57,398 nucleotides of DNA from a virus (taxonomy: Duplodnaviria; Caudoviricetes), in the IMG/VR virus record IMGVR_UViG_3300029258_001547, positions 1-57,398 of that record, one strand, 5' to 3'. A program made the position numbers and the translations under genes. The first letter of the stretch is position 1. Every line of letters starts with the position of its first letter. Positions 46,039 to 56,640 of this stretch are shown here, piece by piece. The notes under the pieces were generated by a model, which saw nothing but the letters and a program-made list of their open reading frames with translations, was not told the DNA's origin and made no database searches.

Positions 46039-46946
46039 TGGAAAACGACCGACAACGAATCTGGTGGATCGCATCTTACCCGAAGTCGGGTTCGACTTGG
46101 GTGCGCATGTTCGTCAACGCCTACGTCACCGGCTGGCCGACGAACATCAACTCGGCGTGGCAGTACGCGACCGGCGATCTCCAGCCGCAACTGTACCAAC
46201 TTACGTCGGCGCAGCCCGTGACCGATATGATTGACGTGGACTGCTTCTACTACCGCCCCGCCGTGCTGCTGAATCACGTCGCTACTTCCCATACCAAGGA
46301 CTGCGCGTTGAAGACCCACAACGCGAAGGTCGAAGTGGATGGGATGCCGATGATTCCGCCGAAGCTGAGCAAGGGGGCGCTCTACATCGTGCGCGACCCT
46401 CGCGACGTGGCGGTCTCGTTCGCGCACCACCTGGGAGTGAAGGTGGACGAGGCGATCGAGAAGATGGCGCACGAAGGCCAGATGCTCGAAAAGCAGCCGT
46501 ACAAGCTGTTTCACATCCTCTCGTCCTGGTCGATGCACGTCAATAGCTGGACGACCGCAAACAAGGACGTGCGAACCGGCGTCGTCCGGTACGAGGACCT
46601 CCTGGCCGATCCCGCCAAGTGGTTCCGAAGCGTGCTCGCCGCGCTGGGCATCGACGCCGACGACGAGGAGCGGTTCCAGTTCGCCCTGGAGCAAACCAAG
46701 TTCGAGAACCTCCAGTCGCTTGAAGGCGATACGGGGTTCCAGGAGAACGGTAAGGGCGACAAGTTCTTCCGTCGCGGCGAGGCGGGCGGCTGGCGCGACG
46801 CGCTAACCAGAAAGCAGGTGCGCCGGATCGAAAAGGCGCACGCGAAAACGATGCAGCGTTGGGGCTATGACCTGTACGAACTGAGCGAGACCCGGGCGAA
46901 TGTCCTGGGGAGGCTTGAAACTGCTGCCGTTGGCAGCGTCCAGTAA
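46038..46946 (+). CDS. PAPS-dependent sulfotransferase
   Basis: ASYPKSGSTW (5'-PSB), YIVRDPRDVAVS (3'-PB), RYEDL, FFRRGEAGGW. Confidence 0.92.
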   Translation: MENDRQRIWWIASYPKSGSTWVRMFVNAYVTGWPTNINSAWQYATGDLQPQLYQLTSAQPVTDMIDVDCFYYRPAVLLNHVATSHTKDCALKTHNAKVEVDGMPMIPPKLSKGALYIVRDPRDVAVSFAHHLGVKVDEAIEKMAHEGQMLEKQPYKLFHILSSWSMHVNSWTTANKDVRTGVVRYEDLLADPAKWFRSVLAALGIDADDEERFQFALEQTKFENLQSLEGDTGFQENGKGDKFFRRGEAGGWRDALTRKQVRRIEKAHAKTMQRWGYDLYELSETRANVLGRLETAAVGSVQ

Positions 46947-46962
46947 TAGGAGGTTTTACGCG

Positions 46963-47412
46963 ATGGCGGCAGACACAAACATCTCGATGGCGGCGGCCAA
47001 GGCCGCCCTGGACGCGGTGGTGGACCGGATCGACACGGGGACCGCCGCGAACCCGCTCCTGCGAATCTACGACGGCACGCAGCCGGGCCGACCGGACGAC
47101 GCCGTGACGACGCAGACCAAACTGGCTGAGATCGACCTCGGCACGGCGGCCGTGTTCGGCGCGGCGACGACCGGCACGGGGACGGAGGCCGACACGGCGA
47201 TTGCCACGTCGAGCATCCTGCCCAAGTCCTGTACGTCGGCCACGGCGAGCGGGACGGCAAGCTGGTTCCGCGTGGTGAACAAGGACGGCACGGCGATCAT
47301 CGACGGCAGCGTGGACACCGCGACCGCCGACCTGATCCTCGATAACACGAACATCGCTACGGGGCAGACCGTGACGCTGAGTTCGTGGAAGGTGAAGCTC
47401 CCCTGCGAGTAA
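46963..47412 (+). CDS. Small virion structural protein
   Basis: AGGAGG SD; LRIYDGTQP...ASGTASWFR...DGSV pattern seen in phage structural modules. Confidence 0.65.
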   Translation: MAADTNISMAAAKAALDAVVDRIDTGTAANPLLRIYDGTQPGRPDDAVTTQTKLAEIDLGTAAVFGAATTGTGTEADTAIATSSILPKSCTSATASGTASWFRVVNKDGTAIIDGSVDTATADLILDNTNIATGQTVTLSSWKVKLPCE

Positions 47413-47420
47413 TCTAAGCG

Positions 47421-48440
47421 ATGGCGAACCACCCGCTAGGACTTGAGCTTGTTGGGTCTGTTGCAATTACCGGCAACATCGACCAGTCCCTGCCTGCATT
47501 TGCGCAGGCGGCGGCAGGTACGGTTGTTGCTGGGAGTACGGGCGGCGCTACTCAGACTCTCCCCACGTTCGGCCAGAACCTCGCCGGGTCCGTGGGCCTC
47601 TCGGCGGCGATCTCTCAAGCCCTCCCTCAGTTCGGCCAAATTGCTTCCGCCTCGGTCGAAATCAGCGGGGTAGCCTCGCAAACGCTGCCCCAGTTCGAAC
47701 AGGCCGCCGGCGGGGCCGTGGTTGCCGGCGGCGTTGCCGTTCAAGCCCTACCTCAGTTCGGGCAAGTCGCTGTCGGTGCGGTCGGCGTCAGTGGCGCGAT
47801 CGTGCAGACCCTTCCGCAGTTCGGGCAGGACGCGGCGGGAACGATCGGGTCGGTCTCAACTGGCTTTATCGCTCAGTCGCTCCCCCAGTTCGGGCAGGCG
47901 GCCACGGGGTCTGTCGCGATCAGCGGCGCTGCCTCGCAAACACTACCGTCGTTCCAGCAAGCCCTTGTCGGGGTGGTCGGGACGGTTGCGTCGGGCAGCG
48001 TTGCGCAGACCCTTCCGCAGTTCGGGCAAGCGGCCGCCGGCTCCGTGGGGATTTCCGGCGCGATCGTCCAGCTTCTTCCGCAGCCCTCCCAGGAGGCCGC
48101 CGCGTGGTGGGAGGCGATCGACGGCGACGCTCTGCACGCCTTCCCTCGATTCGAGCAATCGCTTACCGGCACGGCGAAGGTTGCCGGGGCGGCCGTGCAG
48201 TCGCTTCCCCAGTTCGGGCAGGCGTTGGTGGGCGAGTACACTGATCCAACCGTAGTCGATCAAGCGATTCCGTCCGTTAGCCAAGCCCTCACCGGCTCGG
48301 TGGGCGTCTCGGGCGTTGTCGTACAGGCGATTCCGTTAGTGCGTACCGTCGCCGGCGGGCTGTCCCAGGCGGCCAGCGGGCCGGGCGACGTGTTCGATTC
48401 GCGGATATTCCGCTCCCCGGTCTTCCGAAGCGGGTTGTAA
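47421..48440 (+). CDS. Fibrous repeat protein (~20-22-aa QxLPQFGQ repeats)
   Basis: More than ten tandem repeats visible in the translation. Confidence 0.8.
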   Translation: MANHPLGLELVGSVAITGNIDQSLPAFAQAAAGTVVAGSTGGATQTLPTFGQNLAGSVGLSAAISQALPQFGQIASASVEISGVASQTLPQFEQAAGGAVVAGGVAVQALPQFGQVAVGAVGVSGAIVQTLPQFGQDAAGTIGSVSTGFIAQSLPQFGQAATGSVAISGAASQTLPSFQQALVGVVGTVASGSVAQTLPQFGQAAAGSVGISGAIVQLLPQPSQEAAAWWEAIDGDALHAFPRFEQSLTGTAKVAGAAVQSLPQFGQALVGEYTDPTVVDQAIPSVSQALTGSVGVSGVVVQAIPLVRTVAGGLSQAASGPGDVFDSRIFRSPVFRSGL

Positions 48441-48450
48441 GGAGTCAGAT

Positions 48451-49707
48451 ATGTACCAGCCGGGCGACACGATAGCCTACGAGTTCCCGACGCACCAAGT
48501 CTCTACCGGGGCGGCGAAAAACGCCGATTCCACCCCAAGCTGCGTGCTGCTGCGCAACGGGGCATCGACGGCGGAGACCGTCACGGTAACGAACGTCGCG
48601 ACCGGCCTCTATAAAGCCGTGGTGACGGTTCCGTCGGACTGGGTGGCGTCGGACGAGGTGCAGCTGCGGCTCACCGCGACGGTGGACGGGATTACTGCGC
48701 ACGACCACAGCGATGTTTGGCCGCTTTCCGGCGGGTGGTCTGAGGTGTCGCCCCCCGCTGGCGGCTCCGCCGTTATGGCGGTCGGCTACGGCGAGCTTGT
48801 CGAACTCCTCGGTCGCCGCGTATTCGGCAAGCGCACGGGATTCTCGGAGGCCGAAACCGACGACCTGAACGACATTATCATGGACGGCTTGCAGTCGGTT
48901 TATCAGGCCCATCGGTGGAGTTTCTTTAGGCAGCGGCAGACAATCACAACGACCGCCGCTTACGCGACAGGGACCGTCGAGGTTGTAAGCGGCGTAGTGA
49001 CCCTCACGGACGGGACATTCCCGGCCTGGGCAGAGGACGGCGTGCTTACCGTTGACGGAAATAGCTACGACGTGGACTCGCGGGACGGCGACGCGCAGGT
49101 CACGCTAACCGACACGTCCGTAGACGTGGACGCCGGGACGGCGTACTCACTAGGCCGGGCCGTCTACGATCTTCCGTCGAGCTTCGACTCCTTCGCGACG
49201 GAATACCTCACTTACGAGCCGGAAGGCTCTGAGGGCTACCCGCCTGTCCGGTTCGTCCATGAGGCCGAGATTCGCCGGATGCGGCAGCATAACGAGTATT
49301 ACGACCGCCCGCAGATTGTTGCGCAGATTGTCGAGGCGTTCGACGCGACCGCCGGATCGCAGCGGCAGGTCGTGTTCTATCCGACGCCCGACGGCGAGTA
49401 CGTCCTGACCGGCGTGATGAACATGCGGGCCACGATGATCGACGCGGACAATCCCTACCCGCTGGGGGCGGAAGTCCTCTCTCGCGTCATCATCGAGGCG
49501 TGCTACGCGGCGGCGGAGCGCCATATGGACGAGACGGAGGGCGTTCATTCCAAGCGTTACCTGGCGGTGCTTGAGTTTGCTATCCAGGAGGATAAAGACA
49601 AGGCGAGCCCGCGAACGCTCGGCTCGGATCGGGGCGGCGACGAAACGTCGGACTTGCCGCCGTTTACCAGGGTCGGCGACCTCACACTCAACGGAGTTAC
49701 GTTATGA
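48451..49707 (+). CDS. Putative head-tail adaptor with an extra N-terminal Ig-like domain
   Basis: HRWSFF...YDLPSSF...VFYPTPDGEY pattern of podovirus adaptors. Confidence 0.6.
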   Translation: MYQPGDTIAYEFPTHQVSTGAAKNADSTPSCVLLRNGASTAETVTVTNVATGLYKAVVTVPSDWVASDEVQLRLTATVDGITAHDHSDVWPLSGGWSEVSPPAGGSAVMAVGYGELVELLGRRVFGKRTGFSEAETDDLNDIIMDGLQSVYQAHRWSFFRQRQTITTTAAYATGTVEVVSGVVTLTDGTFPAWAEDGVLTVDGNSYDVDSRDGDAQVTLTDTSVDVDAGTAYSLGRAVYDLPSSFDSFATEYLTYEPEGSEGYPPVRFVHEAEIRRMRQHNEYYDRPQIVAQIVEAFDATAGSQRQVVFYPTPDGEYVLTGVMNMRATMIDADNPYPLGAEVLSRVIIEACYAAAERHMDETEGVHSKRYLAVLEFAIQEDKDKASPRTLGSDRGGDETSDLPPFTRVGDLTLNGVTL

Positions 49708-50063
49708 TCCAGTCAGTTTCAGCGACAATCACTACCGCCGCCGACGGGACCGCGACCGTCTACGTCGGGTCGAAGATTCGCGGCAGAATCCACGCGATCA
49801 AGTACGTTCCCGGAACGATCGTCACCGGGGCCGACTTGACGATCACCGGCAACACGCACGGCACGCCGATCGTCACGCTCACCGACGCCGGCACGTCAAC
49901 GGTCTGGGTATACCCGCGAGCGCTGGCGAGCAAAGTCGCCGACGGGTCGGACGCTACCGACGCCTTCGTGGACATCTACCTGGAAGGGGAGAGCATGAAG
50001 GTCGCGGTCGCGCAGGGCGGCGCCACGAAAACCGGAACCATTACGCTGTTTTTTGAGGAGTGA
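49704..50063 (+). CDS. Small beta-rich virion protein
   Basis: ATGA overlap, Thr-rich. Confidence 0.7.
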   Translation: MIQSVSATITTAADGTATVYVGSKIRGRIHAIKYVPGTIVTGADLTITGNTHGTPIVTLTDAGTSTVWVYPRALASKVADGSDATDAFVDIYLEGESMKVAVAQGGATKTGTITLFFEE

Positions 50064-50125
50064 TGTTTTCCACGGCGAGGCGTTACTCGCCGGTCCCTCC
50101 TCCTATTTGATAGGAGTTGATCCCA

Positions 50126-50485
50126 ATGTCCAGTCCTCACCGAATCCTTCACGACTTGTTGAAGGCCCCCATGCTGATGACCGACCCCGGCGACGCGGGC
50201 GTCATCACGGCAGACCGAAACTTCGGCGTCGTCGAGATGGTAACGGCTGACGCTGAGACCCGCACGTTGACGACGCCGACCAAGGCGGGCATCTGGCTCG
50301 TCCTCCGCTTGAAAACGGACGGCGGCGACGCGGTTGTGACCGCCGCCGGCGGCCTGAACGTCACGGGGAACACGCAAGCGACGTTCGCAGATGCGGGCGA
50401 TCAGCTTGTAATGGTCTCCGTGTCGGCCTCCAGCGGCTACCGCTGGGAGATTGTCGTGAACACCGGTTCCGTTGCCCTTGCGTAA
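50126..50485 (+). CDS. Small virion protein, paralog of the N-terminus of the next gene
   Basis: Shares LMTDPG, DRxFG, PTKAG and TDGGD with the next gene. Confidence 0.75.
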   Translation: MSSPHRILHDLLKAPMLMTDPGDAGVITADRNFGVVEMVTADAETRTLTTPTKAGIWLVLRLKTDGGDAVVTAAGGLNVTGNTQATFADAGDQLVMVSVSASSGYRWEIVVNTGSVALA

Positions 50486-50497
50486 AGGATTGCTGCC

Positions 50498-51931
50498 ATG
50501 AGCGAGCGCGCTCACTACGACCTGTTGTGGGCCGATTACCTGATGACGGACCCCGGCGCGGGGCAGTCCATCGTTCCCGATCGGCAGTTCGGCCTCGTTC
50601 CTCTCGTCACGGCAGGCGCAGAGGCGCGCACGCTCAGGCAGCCCACCAAGGCGGGGGTTTACATTACGTTAATGCTTGTGACTGACGGCGGCGACTGCAC
50701 CGTCACGATTACGGGCGGCTACAATCAGGACGACGACACGACCTATGTGTTCGAGGACGTGGGGCAAAGCCTGCCGCTCGTTTCGATCAAGGAAGGGGCG
50801 TCGTTCTACTGGCGGATCGCCGGTCTCGCCGACCCCCTGCCGGTGCGAGAGGTAACGGCTTCCACGTCGTTTACCATCGACATTGGCGGGACGGATCAAG
50901 TCAAGATCACGGACGGTACGTTCGAGCCGATCACTACGAACGACGTGGACTTGGGCAGCGCGAGCAAGACCTTCAAGTCGATCTACTGCGAAGGGACGAT
51001 CGACTTCAACGATGCGGTTATTAACTCTACGAACGCGATCACCGTCCAGATCGGCGGCGTGGACATTCTCCAGGTGGACGACGCCGCGATTAGCTCGTTC
51101 GCCGCTGCCGGCGACACGGCCGGGCAGGACTACTACGCCGAGACGGAGGACGGCGGAACGGACGGCGGGGCTGCGTCGTCGGGGCAGGACGGCGGGGCGT
51201 GGTCCGAAAAGTGCGGCGACGGCTCGGCGGCCGTTACCACCAACGCGGGCGGGGGCGACGGCGGCGCAATTACGCGAGCCGCCGGCGCGGGCGGCGCTGC
51301 CGACGGCAGCGGAACCGGCGGTGCGGGCGGCGCGGCGGTCCTTACCGCCGGCAACGGCGGTGCGGGCGTAACCGGCACCGGCGGCGCGGGCGGGGCCGTA
51401 ACGATCACCTCTGGAACGGGAGCCTCTACCTCCGGTGCTGGCGGCACCGGCGGCGACGGCGGCGACCTTACGATCGCGGCGGGCGGCGGCGGGGACGACT
51501 CAGAAGGCGGCTCGGGAATCGGCGGCAACGGCGGAGACTTGATTCTCCAGGCCGGCGGCGCTGGAGCCGGCAACACTACGGGAGTCAACGGCGCGGTGCG
51601 GCTGAACTCGACCGTTTTCCGCTTCGACTCCCAAACGATCGACATGAACGACGCCCAGGTCGCTCTGGTGCTGCACGACGCGGCGGCGGGCGAGGTTGAG
51701 CTTACCGCCAACGTGCTGCGGGTGGACGCCAACTCAGGGGGCACGGAAGACCTCCTTCTTCCCTCGGAGTCCGAGGCCGAGGGGATGCTTCTGTTCATCA
51801 ACAACTTCGGCGGCGAGTCGATTGTCGTCAAGGACGACAGCGACACGGATACGATCGACACGGTAGCGACCGGCGAGTTGGGGATTTTCTTCTGCGACGG
51901 GACTGAGTGGGTCGGCATGAACGAGGCGTAA
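50498..51931 (+). CDS. Gly-rich fibre/spike-like virion protein
   Basis: GGxGG repeats flanked by beta domains. Confidence 0.7.
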   Translation: MSERAHYDLLWADYLMTDPGAGQSIVPDRQFGLVPLVTAGAEARTLRQPTKAGVYITLMLVTDGGDCTVTITGGYNQDDDTTYVFEDVGQSLPLVSIKEGASFYWRIAGLADPLPVREVTASTSFTIDIGGTDQVKITDGTFEPITTNDVDLGSASKTFKSIYCEGTIDFNDAVINSTNAITVQIGGVDILQVDDAAISSFAAAGDTAGQDYYAETEDGGTDGGAASSGQDGGAWSEKCGDGSAAVTTNAGGGDGGAITRAAGAGGAADGSGTGGAGGAAVLTAGNGGAGVTGTGGAGGAVTITSGTGASTSGAGGTGGDGGDLTIAAGGGGDDSEGGSGIGGNGGDLILQAGGAGAGNTTGVNGAVRLNSTVFRFDSQTIDMNDAQVALVLHDAAAGEVELTANVLRVDANSGGTEDLLLPSESEAEGMLLFINNFGGESIVVKDDSDTDTIDTVATGELGIFFCDGTEWVGMNEA

Positions 51932-51932
51932 G

Positions 51933-53531
51933 ATGCCTACCGGAAAGAAGTTCGAACTAAAGTTTCCGGCCGCCGGGGTCGTCCGGCGGATCGGATACCA
52001 CGACTCAGCCCAATTACGGCCCCCGTACCCCTCCCCGTGGGCCGTAAATTGCCGGCCGGAAGACCCCCTCGAATCCCGACTTCGGGGCGGGTCTCGGCCG
52101 GGGCTGACGAAAGCGCTGGCCGACCAGCTTGGCGTGTCGATCGTATCGGTTACGTCCGTTCCGACCGTCACCGAGGACGGTGCGATCCCCCGGCTCGCCG
52201 TCGTGGCGGACGGGGCGCTCGGAGTCGTCGGCGGCGGGGTGCTCTCCACTCCGGTCGGCGAGCTTCTCGCCGAGGACGGCGATACGCTGTTGACCGAAGG
52301 GAACAGCCCGCTTCTCGCCGATACCGGGACTATCCCCTCCGAGGGCTTCACGTTCGCACACGGCCGGAGCGTGTACACCGTGACAAGCTCGGGTACGAGC
52401 CGCGCCGAGGTCGTAACGGGCGTGATTGACGCCCTGACCGCCGAGGACGGTACGTCGCCCAGCAACGTGACGCACGGGTGCGTCTATCGCGACAGGCTTA
52501 TTCTTGCCGGCGAAGACAACGCGATCTATATGTCCAGGCAGGGGGATCACTCGGATTGGTTCTACGGCGCTGACGTGACCGACCTGGGGCGTCCGACTGT
52601 CTTTCAACTGAGCGAGGCCGGAGAGCAGGGACAGCCCTGCACGGCGCTGTGCCCGTTCAAGGACAAGAGCCTGATCGCCGCGACCGAAAACTCACTCTGG
52701 GTAATCTCTGGCGATCCGGTCGTCGATGGGACGTTGCGGTGCATCTCGCGCGGCGTGGGGATCATCGGGCCGCGTGCGTGGTGCTCGATCCAGGACGCCC
52801 GCGTCGGCGACGCGCTGATGCGGTACGCGATGATATTTCTCGCCCAGGACGGGCTTTACGTCGTCGCCCCGGACGGGGGCGGCTTAAAGTGCATCAGCGA
52901 GGACCGCCTGCCCCTGCGATTCCAGGACGTGACGGCAAGTACGGTGAACCTCGTCTACTCGCTCCGCGAGCGGGGCGTCTATATCTTCGCCACCGACGAC
53001 GTGGGCGCGGCAAGCTGGTTCTACGACCTCCAGCGAGGCGGCTTCTGGCCGATGGAGTTTGCTTCGGACCACACCTATCAGGCCGCCACGCTGCACGACA
53101 ACGACGTGCTGTTGGTCGGGGCCGACGGGTACGCCCGCACGTTTTCCGGCAGCACCGACGACGGCGAGGACATTGAGAGCCACCTCTTGATCGGCCCGCT
53201 ACGCGCGGCGCAGCCCGGGACGTTCGGCCAAATGCTGAGCCATCGCTCGGTGCTCGACGACGAGTCGGGGACCGTGACGTGGCGGATCGTGACCGGCGAG
53301 TCGGCGGAGGAGGCGTGCGAGAACGGCAAGCTGGCGATCGAGTATTTCCAGGCCGGCGACGATACCTACGAGGATTACGTCGCTGCTTCGGGGGACTGGA
53401 CCGCCGGCCGCAACGGGATCGTCTATCCGAGAACGCGAGCGGAGTGGTTCGTGTTCTGGCTGCAAAGCACGGCGCGGTGGGGATACGAGACAATCTACGC
53501 CCAGATGGGGCAATCGGGAGTTGTTCGCTGA
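51933..53531 (+). CDS. Putative tail nozzle/stabilisation (beta-propeller) protein
   Basis: YRDRLIL..IYMSR.GD..DW and related blade motifs, position in the tail module. Confidence 0.6.
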   Translation: MPTGKKFELKFPAAGVVRRIGYHDSAQLRPPYPSPWAVNCRPEDPLESRLRGGSRPGLTKALADQLGVSIVSVTSVPTVTEDGAIPRLAVVADGALGVVGGGVLSTPVGELLAEDGDTLLTEGNSPLLADTGTIPSEGFTFAHGRSVYTVTSSGTSRAEVVTGVIDALTAEDGTSPSNVTHGCVYRDRLILAGEDNAIYMSRQGDHSDWFYGADVTDLGRPTVFQLSEAGEQGQPCTALCPFKDKSLIAATENSLWVISGDPVVDGTLRCISRGVGIIGPRAWCSIQDARVGDALMRYAMIFLAQDGLYVVAPDGGGLKCISEDRLPLRFQDVTASTVNLVYSLRERGVYIFATDDVGAASWFYDLQRGGFWPMEFASDHTYQAATLHDNDVLLVGADGYARTFSGSTDDGEDIESHLLIGPLRAAQPGTFGQMLSHRSVLDDESGTVTWRIVTGESAEEACENGKLAIEYFQAGDDTYEDYVAASGDWTAGRNGIVYPRTRAEWFVFWLQSTARWGYETIYAQMGQSGVVR

Positions 53532-53553
53532 CCCTTAGTAGAAGGAGGCTGCG

Positions 53554-53829
53554 ATGTTTCGTTTCGGAGTATTACTGCTGCTGCTTGTGCCGCTGGTGGC
53601 GATCGTCGCCGGGTGTCCCTGCGATGACTGCAACGCCGCGACTTGCATCCAATGCTGCCCGGTCTACGCGCCGAACGATCTTGTCGAGATTCGAGGAGGG
53701 TCTCGACTGTTTGTTCACTCGGTCGTGAAAAACGGGGCTGCCGTCGTTGCTTACAAGATGAAATTGCAAGAGAACACCGCTCCGATCGCGACCGTCGCCC
53801 CTTCGGCGATCGTCAAGAAGGTTGAATGA
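53554..53829 (+). CDS. Cys-rich lipoprotein
   Basis: Hydrophobic signal plus VAG-C lipobox, AGGAGG SD. Confidence 0.7.
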   Translation: MFRFGVLLLLLVPLVAIVAGCPCDDCNAATCIQCCPVYAPNDLVEIRGGSRLFVHSVVKNGAAVVAYKMKLQENTAPIATVAPSAIVKKVE

Positions 53830-53885
53830 CCGTTCCGGCAGAATAGTCCCTCGGCCCCGAGTTCCTTACGGTAAAGGCATCCCTC

Positions 53886-56630
53886 ATGGGAACGAAACTC
53901 TCCCAACTTTCCGCCGTGACCACCCCGTTAGGTGGCACCGAAATTCTTGTCTGCGTGCAGACAACCACGAAGCGGCTGACGCTTGACCAAATTGCGGCGT
54001 ACTCGATCGACGAACTGCTCGGCGCGAGTGCGCAGTCGCCGCTGACCGGCGACAACATCGTTGCGGAGCGATCCGGGGCCGAGGGACTGATGGACCTGGA
54101 CGAACTGGCGGCCTACGCCGTGGCCTCGGCGTGGTCCGAGGCGTCGGAGGCCGACCCTGCCGTGACCGGCGACAAGATTCTCGCCGATCGCAGCGGTACG
54201 GTCTACTGGCTGGACGTGGACACGATCCAGAGTTACGTTCTCGACGGCGTGCAGGCGTCGTCCCTGGACGTATCCGGCCTGGACAGCGCCACGCTGAACG
54301 ACGCGGACGAGTACCTCGTTTGCCAGTCGGGGACGGCCAAGAAGCAGTCGTTTGCGAACATCGCCGCCAGGGTTCACGACCAGATTGCGACCTACGTTGG
54401 CGCCCTGGACGCCGGAGCGGCGGTCGCCGACGCGCACAGCTTCTACTGCTTGCAGTCGGGTACGGCGAAGGAGGTTACGGCCTCCCAGCTTGCGACGTAC
54501 ATGCTGGCCGAGATCGCGGCCGACGTGGTTGCTACGTCGTGGGACGCCGACGCCGTGGACCCGCTGCTGGGGACGGACGTGCTGATCCTGGAGCGGAGCG
54601 ACGTGGCGAAGACGGCTACGGCCGCCGTGGTTGCGGCTTACGCAGTCGGCACGCTCGACGACGCCGATGCGGTCGATCCGGCTGCGGCGGGCGACGATAT
54701 CATCCTCTTTCGCAGCGGGACGGAGAAGAAGTGCGATATCGACGTTCTCTCGACGTACATCGTCGCGCAGGAAATCTCCGTCGCCTCGGGCACGCCGTTG
54801 ACGACGTTCGCCGCGAGCGACGAGATTCTCATGCAGCGATCCGGCGTCCTCAAGACGATGGACTATACCGACGTCCAACTTGAGGTGCTCGATCCCAGCG
54901 CGCTGGACGAGGCGACGCTCGCCGACGACGACGTGTACATCATGGCCCAGAGCGGCGTAGCGAAGCGGCAGACCTTCGCCAACGTCGCCGCCAGGGTGCA
55001 TGACCAGATTGACACTTACCTCGCCGGGCTGGATGCGGTCGTCACGGTCGGGGCGACCGACAAGTTTTACACAACGCAGAGCGGGACGGCGAAGTACGTT
55101 ACGCCGGTTGAAATCGCCGCCTACGTCGCCACGACGATCGAAACGGACATGACGGGGGCCGTGTTCGACGGGGACTCCGTGGACCCGGTTCTCGGGACCG
55201 ATCTCGTCGCGGTGGAGCGCAGCGGAACCCTCAAGAGTTCCACGGCCGCCGTCCTGGGAGCTTATGTCAACAGCCTGCTCGACGACGCGAGCGCCGCCGA
55301 CCCGGCGCTTTCGGGCGACGAGTTCGTGATGTACCGCAGCGGAACGCAGTACAAGGTTGACATCGACGACATGGCGACCTACATCTGCGACGCGGCCGCT
55401 GCCGTCGTGGGAGCCGCGTTGGTGGACCCGGTTGTGGGCACCGACGCCGTACTGCTGGAGCGCGGCGACGCGATGGAGGCGACGGACGTTGACACGCTGA
55501 TTACCTACATCTTCACTCAGGACGCCGAGACGACTACGCTGCAAACGTCGGTCTTGACCATCGACGCACTCGGCGCGGCGACCCTCGCGGACGCCAACTA
55601 CCTGCTGATTGACGACGGCGGGCCGAAGCAGAAGACGCTCGGCGCGGTGGCGGCCTACGTTCACGCCGGCTTCGCGGAGTATGTCAGCGATCAGGCCGAC
55701 GCCGACCCGGTGGTGGACGGGGATCACTTCCTCGTCAGTCGATCCGACGCGGCACTCTACATCGCGGCGAGCGATCTCGCGACGTACATGCTTACGGAGC
55801 ACTTCGATCAAACCACGGACACCGACCCCGAGGACGCCGACGTATTCATCATCTATCGCAGCGGGACCGGCTATCGCAAGGTCGCCCTGTCCGACTTACA
55901 GGACTACATGACGGAGGCGATCGAGGACGCCGCCGCCGACCTGCTCGCGACCGGCTGGAACGTGGTGGATAGCGGCAACTACACGGCCACGCCCGCGTCA
56001 ACTACGCGAATTACGATGAGCGACACGACCGGCATGGCGGTCGGCATACCGCTGCGGTACACCTACGGCGGCGTGGCGTATTACGGCATCGTCGAGGAGG
56101 TCGTCACTAACTCGTACATCGACGTGCGGGGGATCACTCTGAACGTCGGGTCGCCGTTGACGGAGCTTGCTTACGGCCTGCCCAGCCGCGCGCACACGAT
56201 CCGCCTCAAGATTCCCGGCAACTACCTGACCCCGTGGTACATTCCCGAGTACGACGCGGACTTCGACGGCGTGGGCGACAGCGAACAGGACAAGGACATT
56301 CTCTCGGAGATCGGCCGGCAGTATTTCACCTGGAGGCTCGCCGACGCCTACATGGTGGCCGCCGCCGTGACGCAAGGCACCGCCGACGGCACGGTGCAGC
56401 CGAAGATCGGCGTGGAAATCGACTCGACCGACGTTCTCAGCCAGGACAGCAACAAGGGCATCCAGGTGTCGGGGACGCCGGGGACGTGGACGTGGAACGA
56501 TCAGGTAAGCATCGCAACCGGCGGGTACAAGATCGAGACGGGCGAGGCGTTGGAGATTGTCTGCACGGCGAACGGCTCAAGCGGCGAGGCCGCCGACTTG
56601 AGCATCGAACTCGTATTCGTTTTCGAGTAG
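53886..56630 (+). CDS. Tail fibre-like protein with ~40-aa (D..RSG..Y) repeats
   Basis: Acidic tandem repeats followed by a C-terminal beta domain. Confidence 0.7.
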   Translation: MGTKLSQLSAVTTPLGGTEILVCVQTTTKRLTLDQIAAYSIDELLGASAQSPLTGDNIVAERSGAEGLMDLDELAAYAVASAWSEASEADPAVTGDKILADRSGTVYWLDVDTIQSYVLDGVQASSLDVSGLDSATLNDADEYLVCQSGTAKKQSFANIAARVHDQIATYVGALDAGAAVADAHSFYCLQSGTAKEVTASQLATYMLAEIAADVVATSWDADAVDPLLGTDVLILERSDVAKTATAAVVAAYAVGTLDDADAVDPAAAGDDIILFRSGTEKKCDIDVLSTYIVAQEISVASGTPLTTFAASDEILMQRSGVLKTMDYTDVQLEVLDPSALDEATLADDDVYIMAQSGVAKRQTFANVAARVHDQIDTYLAGLDAVVTVGATDKFYTTQSGTAKYVTPVEIAAYVATTIETDMTGAVFDGDSVDPVLGTDLVAVERSGTLKSSTAAVLGAYVNSLLDDASAADPALSGDEFVMYRSGTQYKVDIDDMATYICDAAAAVVGAALVDPVVGTDAVLLERGDAMEATDVDTLITYIFTQDAETTTLQTSVLTIDALGAATLADANYLLIDDGGPKQKTLGAVAAYVHAGFAEYVSDQADADPVVDGDHFLVSRSDAALYIAASDLATYMLTEHFDQTTDTDPEDADVFIIYRSGTGYRKVALSDLQDYMTEAIEDAAADLLATGWNVVDSGNYTATPASTTRITMSDTTGMAVGIPLRYTYGGVAYYGIVEEVVTNSYIDVRGITLNVGSPLTELAYGLPSRAHTIRLKIPGNYLTPWYIPEYDADFDGVGDSEQDKDILSEIGRQYFTWRLADAYMVAAAVTQGTADGTVQPKIGVEIDSTDVLSQDSNKGIQVSGTPGTWTWNDQVSIATGGYKIETGEALEIVCTANGSSGEAADLSIELVFVFE

Positions 56631-56640
56631 GAGAAACGGC

